Positions 58,863-64,000 of a DNA stretch of 64,000 bases are shown one piece after another; within the stretch, counting starts at the first letter, position 1, and every line of letters begins with the position of its first letter. Origin of the DNA: Alphaproteobacteria bacterium (GTDB taxonomy: Bacteria > Pseudomonadota > Alphaproteobacteria > Rs-D84); NCBI GenBank assembly GCA_017522445.1, contig JAFWZK010000014.1:21783-85782 (forward strand), given 5' to 3'. The notes under the pieces are model-generated. The model saw only the letters and a program-made list of their open reading frames with translations. It ran no database searches and had not been told where the DNA came from. The translations under genes were made by a program, and so were the position numbers.

Positions 58863-58971
58863 TACCAAGACACCATCTGGGGCATGTTCCCAGATGGTGG
58901 GCAAAGTTTTTTCTTGCAAATTGTAATGATTTGACTAGAATAAAACAGTTATAACATAAAAAGGATAAAAA

Positions 58972-59121
58972 ATGGCAACGCCAAAAAGTAAAACAAGTAA
59001 AGCACGTTCCGCACAGCGCCGTTCTCATGATGCATTGTCTGTAATGCCATGCGGTGTATGCAAGACATGTGGCGAAAAGAAACGTCCACATCACGTTTGT
59101 CCTGCATGCGGTGCAAAATAA
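58972..59121 (+). CDS. rpmF: 50S ribosomal protein L32
   Basis: My own read is a 49-aa ORF, MATPKSKTSKARSAQRRSHDAL...CGVCKTCGEKKRPHHVCPACGAK, with a zinc ribbon and an AAGGA ribosome-binding site. It lies upstream of plsX as is typical. Confidence 0.8.
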   Translation: MATPKSKTSKARSAQRRSHDALSVMPCGVCKTCGEKKRPHHVCPACGAK

Positions 59122-59202
59122 TTTAACTAACAAATGGACTAAGGCAGAAAGGGGGCAGGGCATACATCGTTGTGCCTTTTCTGCTTTTTTATATTATACA
59201 CA

Positions 59203-60267
59203 ATGTCAGACGAAAAAAAAGTAATTGCAATAGATGCGATGGGCGGCGACAAAGGGCCAAATGCGGTCTTGGGTGGCATGAACCAGTATTTATACCAAAA
59301 TGGCGAAGGGCGTGTGTTCTTTCGTTTATTTGGCGATGAAAAGAAATTGCGTAAACTGTTGGCGAAATATCCTCGTGTTTCCCGCAATGTAGAAGTGATT
59401 CATGCGCCAAACGTTATCCGGCCCACGGACAAGGTTATGGATGTTCTGCGTCATGCCCAGGACACATCTATGTACATGGCGATTAAAGATGTCCGCGAAG
59501 GTAAATCGGCCGCGGTTATCAGTGCGGGTAACACAGGTATCTTGATGTCATTGTCCAAATTGGCACTTAAGACCATAGACGGTATTTCGCGTCCTGCGAT
59601 TACGACTATGTTGCCATCTGGTGCCGGCGACAGTCGTGTGGTTGTTTTGGATTTGGGTGCAAATGTTCATTGTGACGAAACGATTTTGTTTGACTTTGCT
59701 GTTCTGGGCAGTGTCTATGCCGAGGTTGTTGGGCATATGCCAAAGCCCAAATTGGGCGTGCTGAACATTGGTTCCGAAGAAACCAAGGGGAACGAGACAT
59801 TGGTTCACCTGAACAAGATTTTGACAGCCCACAAAGATGAACTGCCATACGAATACATCGGCTTTGTCGAGGGGACTGATATCAGTGCTGGTCGCGTCCA
59901 GGTTGTTGTGACTGATGGTTTTACTGGTAACATCGTGTTAAAGACGGTCGAAGGCACTGCAAAACTGATTAAACGTGTGGTGGTTGAAAATTTCAAGAAA
60001 TCCATACTGGCGATAATTGGTGCGTTTTTTCTGGTTCATGTTTTTAAACGGTTAAAGCATAAAATCGATCCGCGTTCGTATGCCGGTGCGACATTCTTGG
60101 GATTGCGTGGTTTTTCTGTCAAGACCCATGGTAACAGTGATGCATTGGCCTTTGCGAATTCAATTAAATATACTGCCGAATTGACCAAGGCAAACCTGAA
60201 TGGTTTGATTGCGGAACGGGCCCGTGCACTGGCGGATATACGTTCCACGATTAAGACCCAGGAATAA
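59203..60267 (+). CDS. plsX: Phosphate acyltransferase PlsX
   Basis: Start MSDEKKVIAIDAMGGDKGPN, matching the PlsX family. Confidence 0.9.
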   Translation: MSDEKKVIAIDAMGGDKGPNAVLGGMNQYLYQNGEGRVFFRLFGDEKKLRKLLAKYPRVSRNVEVIHAPNVIRPTDKVMDVLRHAQDTSMYMAIKDVREGKSAAVISAGNTGILMSLSKLALKTIDGISRPAITTMLPSGAGDSRVVVLDLGANVHCDETILFDFAVLGSVYAEVVGHMPKPKLGVLNIGSEETKGNETLVHLNKILTAHKDELPYEYIGFVEGTDISAGRVQVVVTDGFTGNIVLKTVEGTAKLIKRVVVENFKKSILAIIGAFFLVHVFKRLKHKIDPRSYAGATFLGLRGFSVKTHGNSDALAFANSIKYTAELTKANLNGLIAERARALADIRSTIKTQE

Positions 60268-60272
60268 TATAT

Positions 60273-60299
60273 AAAATCCCGTTATGTTACGGGATTTTT
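60273..60299 (+). terminator. Intrinsic terminator (tcccgttatgttacggga followed by T5)
   Basis: Hairpin and T-run directly after the plsX stop codon. No fabH follows. Confidence 0.6.
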
Positions 60300-60422
60300 C
60301 TTTGTTTTGTAAAAAAAACACCGTGGGGCATTTAATGCCCCACGATGGCTCCCTTCCTTCTGGATAACCCAGAAACTGTTTATCCGGAAAATGTCGCACA
60401 TGTTGTCCGGAATAATATTGTT

Positions 60423-60782
60423 TTATGCCGCCATTGCGATATCGGACTGGGCTGTGTTGTCGGTCATGTCCATTATTTTTTTCGCCTCGGCAAAGACCAT
60501 TTCCTTTACACGCAGTGCCAAATCTTTTGTGTCCATGCTTTCTGCTGCGATATCAAAGTTATCGGTACGAATCTGCAGTGATACGTATGCACCGATAAGT
60601 GATGGACGTGACAGGTCTTCGATAGAGCGTGGTGTATTGTTGTGTCCAATTTTTAATTCATCTGCCAGTGATACGATTTGTCTGTCTGCATTAACCCAAA
60701 CTGTTGTTGTTAAAACTTGGTTCAATGCAATCATAATTTGTTTGATATTTTTTGTCATGTGCGTTCCCTCCTTGCTGGGCAA
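60423..60782 (-). CDS. Hypothetical protein, possibly Roadblock/LC7-like
   Basis: 119-aa ORF with a probable start at MTKNIKQ. The alpha/beta pattern is consistent with a Roadblock fold. A terminator hairpin lies 3' of it at about 60310-60345. Confidence 0.3.
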   Translation of the reverse strand: MPSKEGTHMTKNIKQIMIALNQVLTTTVWVNADRQIVSLADELKIGHNNTPRSIEDLSRPSLIGAYVSLQIRTDNFDIAAESMDTKDLALRVKEMVFAEAKKIMDMTDNTAQSDIAMAA

Positions 60783-61048
60783 ATATTGCTAAAATTATCG
60801 GTTTTTCATGTAAATACGAATGTGTTTACAAAATAGCCAAATAATTTTTGTTTTTGTTTTTATTTTTTTCCAAAATACCGTGGTTTTCCGCGGTTTTTTT
60901 GGATTTTTATTTCCGTTCCCCTTGTCTATACAATCATCTTAGAACAAAAACGAATCGCAGGTCAAGCACAAAATATAATTATTTTCATTTTATTTTAATT
61001 TTTTTGATTTTATTCATACATACCATAAAAACCCATGAAATATTTATA

Positions 61049-61083
61049 AAATGTCATTGACAACCATAAAAACCCGTGCTACA
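61049..61083 (+). promoter_or_regulatory. Sigma-70-like promoter (TTGACA, 17-nt spacer, TACATT) upstream of mraZ
   Basis: TTGACAaccataaaaacccgtgcTACATT lies about 65 nt upstream of the mraZ start codon. Confidence 0.4.
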
Positions 61084-61146
61084 TTCCAAGTGAAGCAAGG
61101 AAAGGGAACCGGAAAAACAACCCCGAATAATATAAGAGTTCATAAA

Positions 61147-61596
61147 ATGTCATTGTTTCTCTCATCTTATGAAAATCGTTTGGATACCAAGGGGCGAATC
61201 TCTGTACCGGCCTCTTTCCGGGCTTCGGTGTCTGGTGAAAGATTTGCGGGTGTTGTTTTGTATCGTTCTTTTACCAACAACTGCATCGAAGGTATGACCA
61301 TGTCTCGTATGGAACAGATGGCGGCTGCAACTGATAAAATGGGTGCGTTTGACAGCGAACTGGACGATTTATCGGCGATACTGTTTGCGGATGCACGCCC
61401 GTTAAGTTTTGATGTTACTGGGCGTATAGTGATACCGGCGGACTTATTAAAACATGCTGGGATTACGGACGGTGCGGTATTTGTTGGTCGTGGCAACAGC
61501 TTTCAGATATGGAATCCAGATGCGTTTCGTGTGGCCCAGGAACGTTCTTTGAACAGTCTTCGTAAATCGCGTCCAAATTTAAAAATTGGCGAATAA
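61147..61596 (+). CDS. mraZ: Transcriptional regulator MraZ
   Basis: Trimmed to MSLFLSSYENRLDTKGRISVPASFR, the canonical MraZ N-terminus with two DXXXR-type repeats. Confidence 0.85.
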   Translation: MSLFLSSYENRLDTKGRISVPASFRASVSGERFAGVVLYRSFTNNCIEGMTMSRMEQMAAATDKMGAFDSELDDLSAILFADARPLSFDVTGRIVIPADLLKHAGITDGAVFVGRGNSFQIWNPDAFRVAQERSLNSLRKSRPNLKIGE

Positions 61597-61623
61597 CGCC
61601 ACAACAGTTTTCTTTCTTAATCA

Positions 61624-61651
61624 AAAATCCCCCAATCGGGGGATTTTTTTT
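61624..61651. terminator. Bidirectional intrinsic terminator (tcccccaatcggggga)
   Basis: Hairpin flanked by A- and T-runs, lying between the convergent mraZ and ihfA. Confidence 0.7.
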
Positions 61652-61653
61652 GA

Positions 61654-61944
61654 TTATTTATGATTTGCCACACGTTCGCGGAATTCATTACATGGGCGGA
61701 ATGTTGCGACCTTGCGTGCAGAAATTACTGCGGACTCGCCAGTTTTTGGATTGCGTCCCATACGTGCGTTTTTTGACAAGATTTTAAAGCTGCCAAATCC
61801 TGCGAACTTAACTTCTTCGCCGTTAATCAAAGCTTGTCCGATTTCATCAAATATCACATCTACCAATTTATATGCATCTGCGGTTGTTATACCAAAACGT
61901 TCACGCAGTCTGTCTGCAAAATCGCTTCTTGTAATTGTTGCCAT
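61654..61944 (-). CDS. ihfA: Integration host factor subunit alpha (HU/IHF family)
   Basis: Carries ...GFGSFKILSKNARMGRNPKTGESAVISARKVATFRP... and aligns with IhfA. Confidence 0.85.
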   Translation of the reverse strand: MATITRSDFADRLRERFGITTADAYKLVDVIFDEIGQALINGEEVKFAGFGSFKILSKNARMGRNPKTGESAVISARKVATFRPCNEFRERVANHK

Positions 61945-62050
61945 TATATTTCCCCTGTATTTATTATATCTGTCAGATTAACGCATTATACAGGTGCAGA
62001 TTAAAACTTGCAATATTATTTTGATATGAATAAAATAGCAGCTGTGTCTT

Positions 62051-62126
62051 GTCCCCATAGTTCAACAGGATAGAACAAATTCCTCCTAAGAATTAGATGC
62101 AGGTTCGAGTCCTGCTGGGGACGCCA
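62051..62126 (+). tRNA. tRNA-Arg (anticodon CCU)
   Basis: Sequence GUCCCCAUAGUUCAACAGGAUAGAACAAAUUCCUCCUAAGAAUUAGAUGCAGGUUCGAGUCCUGCUGGGGACGCCA folds as a cloverleaf. Confidence 0.85.
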
Positions 62127-62191
62127 CGGATTATTATCATAGTGTATTTGGTTTTACGATTGTGTATATTAAATGAACGGGACAAAGGCGT

Positions 62192-62527
62192 ATGAAAAAC
62201 AAAGCGGTTAGAATAGGAATTGTTGCGACAATATTGCCACATATTTTTTGTTGTGGTGTTCCGATGTTATTGGCGGTTATTGGCCTGGTTGCACCTGATA
62301 TGGCCCACTTTCACATTTTGCCGCATTGGCTGGAACCGTGGTTATTTGTATTTTCTGGTCTGATGTTGATATTGTCATGGTATTTGGTTTTACGCGATTG
62401 TCGTTGTTCGTGTGAACATTGTGGTGGTGATAAATCGCATCGCACCCAGCGGATTGTTATTGGTGTTATAACTGTTATTTTTGTGGTCAGTTTGTTGTTG
62501 CATATATTTTCGCATCATGGTCATTAA
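62192..62527 (+). CDS. MerT-like small heavy-metal transport protein (3 TM helices, two Cys clusters)
   Basis: TM1 holds a CC pair (IFCCGVPMLLAVIGL). A Cys-rich loop (CRCSCEHCGG) lies between TM2 and TM3, and the protein ends in HHGH. Confidence 0.45.
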   Translation: MKNKAVRIGIVATILPHIFCCGVPMLLAVIGLVAPDMAHFHILPHWLEPWLFVFSGLMLILSWYLVLRDCRCSCEHCGGDKSHRTQRIVIGVITVIFVVSLLLHIFSHHGH

Positions 62528-62552
62528 AAAAATCCCCGGTTTGGGGATTTTT
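62528..62552. terminator. Bidirectional intrinsic terminator (tccccggtttgggga)
   Basis: Hairpin flanked by A- and T-runs. Confidence 0.7.
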
Positions 62553-64000
62553 ATACGAACTTTTCTGGTACCAGGTTGCTGATATTTTTCCACAGTCGTC
62601 GCAGGATACCTGTGTCTGGTGCGTGTTTATAGACGCGTGGTGTGGTATCTCCTGGTCGGCTGCCGGTCCAAACTGGGCGGTCATTTTCGTCCAGCGTGAC
62701 CCGCCATGATGTTTGTGTATCTTTTAAAATCATTTTCCGCAGTTTATCTGCGAAATCGCGGCTTTCAAAGATTGCGACATTTTCGGTATTATAGTACGCA
62801 CTGCGTGGGTCCAGATTAAAACTGCCAATCCACGAGATGTTATCATCGAACACCATAGTTTTGCTGTGCAGGACAGAAAAACTGGATTGTTTTCTTTCTC
62901 GGTCATGTTCTTTACCGCGTAAATTTTCTGCGGACACCATAAATTCATAGACTTCTGCACCAGATTTAATCAGGTGTTTTCTGTATTTTTCCCATTTTGC
63001 ATAAACGGTTGGTGCATTGGTGGACGCCAGTGAATTTGTGACAATTGTCATATGTACGCCGGCTTTTTCTTCGTTCAGCATATGTTCCAGTCCGCCCTGA
63101 CCAGGCACAAAGTATGCGGCCGACATATACACGGAATTGCTTGTTTTGCTCCACAGATGTTGCAGTGCCTTGATGATATCACCGCGATATTCTTCTTTTT
63201 CGGCCATTGTCATTTCGATTTTTTCTGGTGGGTCGGCCAGGAATTTTCCATGTCCCCAACTGAAATCGAATTTTTTGTGTTTATACTCGTGCTGGGCCAT
63301 AGAAATAATATCGTTGTACCGCCGAATTGCGTCATGGCTTTTTTCTTGCAAATCTGCAAAATCGCGTTCCAGTTTTTTAAGTGCTTTTTTTGATTTGGCC
63401 TTTGGGAAAACCGATGCAGGGATTGACCGATGGTGGTTCCAGTATTGATTAAAACTGTCTGTGGCAAAGCGCGTCATATTTCCGATAAACAGTACATCTG
63501 TATCGGAAAAGTTTGATGCTGTTTCTGGATAGAAATAATTACTGCCTACGTTTCGTCCGCCCGTTATATACGCAAAGTTATCTACGATAAATAATTTATT
63601 ATGCATGCGCGAATTTAATCTGCTAAAGTCCGTCAAGAATTGTGGATAGTACAACAACTTTGAACGGTTTTTAACGGTATTAAACACTTTGACTTCGATA
63701 TTTGGGTGTTGGTTCAGCAGCATAACATCCACGATATCGGAATTGGTTCCATAGTCGTCCAGCAGGATTCGCACCTTGACCCCGCGGTCTGCGGCACGTT
63801 TTAGTTCGCCGATTAGCACCTTGGACGAGAAGTCATTACTGTAAATATATGTTTGCAAATCGATTGTTTTTGTTGCCATCCGTGCAAATGCCGAACGTAT
63901 AACAAACGCGGACAGTCCATCTTCGATAAGTGTGGCACCTGATATATCTGTGTTGGCGGATACCTTGTCTTGATAGCATTGTGCAATTGGGGTCTGATAC
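62551..64000 (-). CDS. Phospholipase D / cardiolipin-synthase-family protein; the 5' end lies beyond the window
   Basis: Two HKD motifs (HNKLFIVDNFAYITGGRNVGSNYF and HSKTMVFDDNISWIGSFNLDPRS). The reading frame stays open upstream of the track's start codon at 63879 all the way to the window edge. Confidence 0.8.
   Translation of the reverse strand, partial: YQTPIAQCYQDKVSANTDISGATLIEDGLSAFVIRSAFARMATKTIDLQTYIYSNDFSSKVLIGELKRAADRGVKVRILLDDYGTNSDIVDVMLLNQHPNIEVKVFNTVKNRSKLLYYPQFLTDFSRLNSRMHNKLFIVDNFAYITGGRNVGSNYFYPETASNFSDTDVLFIGNMTRFATDSFNQYWNHHRSIPASVFPKAKSKKALKKLERDFADLQEKSHDAIRRYNDIISMAQHEYKHKKFDFSWGHGKFLADPPEKIEMTMAEKEEYRGDIIKALQHLWSKTSNSVYMSAAYFVPGQGGLEHMLNEEKAGVHMTIVTNSLASTNAPTVYAKWEKYRKHLIKSGAEVYEFMVSAENLRGKEHDRERKQSSFSVLHSKTMVFDDNISWIGSFNLDPRSAYYNTENVAIFESRDFADKLRKMILKDTQTSWRVTLDENDRPVWTGSRPGDTTPRVYKHAPDTGILRRLWKNISNLVPEKFV

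Overview
The window looks like a chromosomal segment from a genome-reduced, Rickettsiales-like alphaproteobacterium; the taxonomy is inferred from gene content and is not proven. It is AT-rich (roughly 40% GC by eye). Ancestral operons are split: rpmH stands alone and mraZ is not followed by rsmH.

Housekeeping genes I can support: uvrD (5'-truncated by the window edge), rpmE, valS, an acyl-ACP thioesterase, rpmH, gyrA, a MerR-family regulator, pyk, gapR (DUF2312), an RNHCP zinc-finger protein, a D,D-carboxypeptidase with a SPOR domain, recR, rsmA, a Kef-type K+/H+ antiporter, lspA, yidC, the tRNA-Trp-secE-nusG-rplK-rplA-rplJ-rplL-rpoB-rpoC block, rpmF-plsX, mraZ, ihfA, and a PLD/cardiolipin-synthase-like gene that runs off the 3' edge. 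There are four tRNAs (Glu, Gln, Trp, Arg). A marR-tolC-MFP-RND efflux operon sits at 25.6-31.1 kb.

Type IV secretion (T4SS) genes are present as five tandem VirB6/TrbL-like paralogues at 1.0-7.6 kb and a virB8-virB9-virB10 operon at 42.1-46.8 kb. VirB9 and VirB10 carry unusual C-terminal extensions.

Accessory material: a decayed integrated element lies between tRNA-Glu and tRNA-Gln. It contains a serine-recombinase N-terminal fragment, and a 2 x 69-nt tandem repeat whose palindrome overlaps the tRNA-Gln CCA end. A Stealth-family hexose-1-phosphoryltransferase is also present.

The most interesting signal is a roughly 105-nt leader of conserved sequence and predicted structure, present in three copies. 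Each copy sits immediately upstream of a surface or secreted gene and ends in an intrinsic terminator. Its helices covary between copies, which is the architecture of a riboswitch or attenuator. I do not recognise it as any known family.
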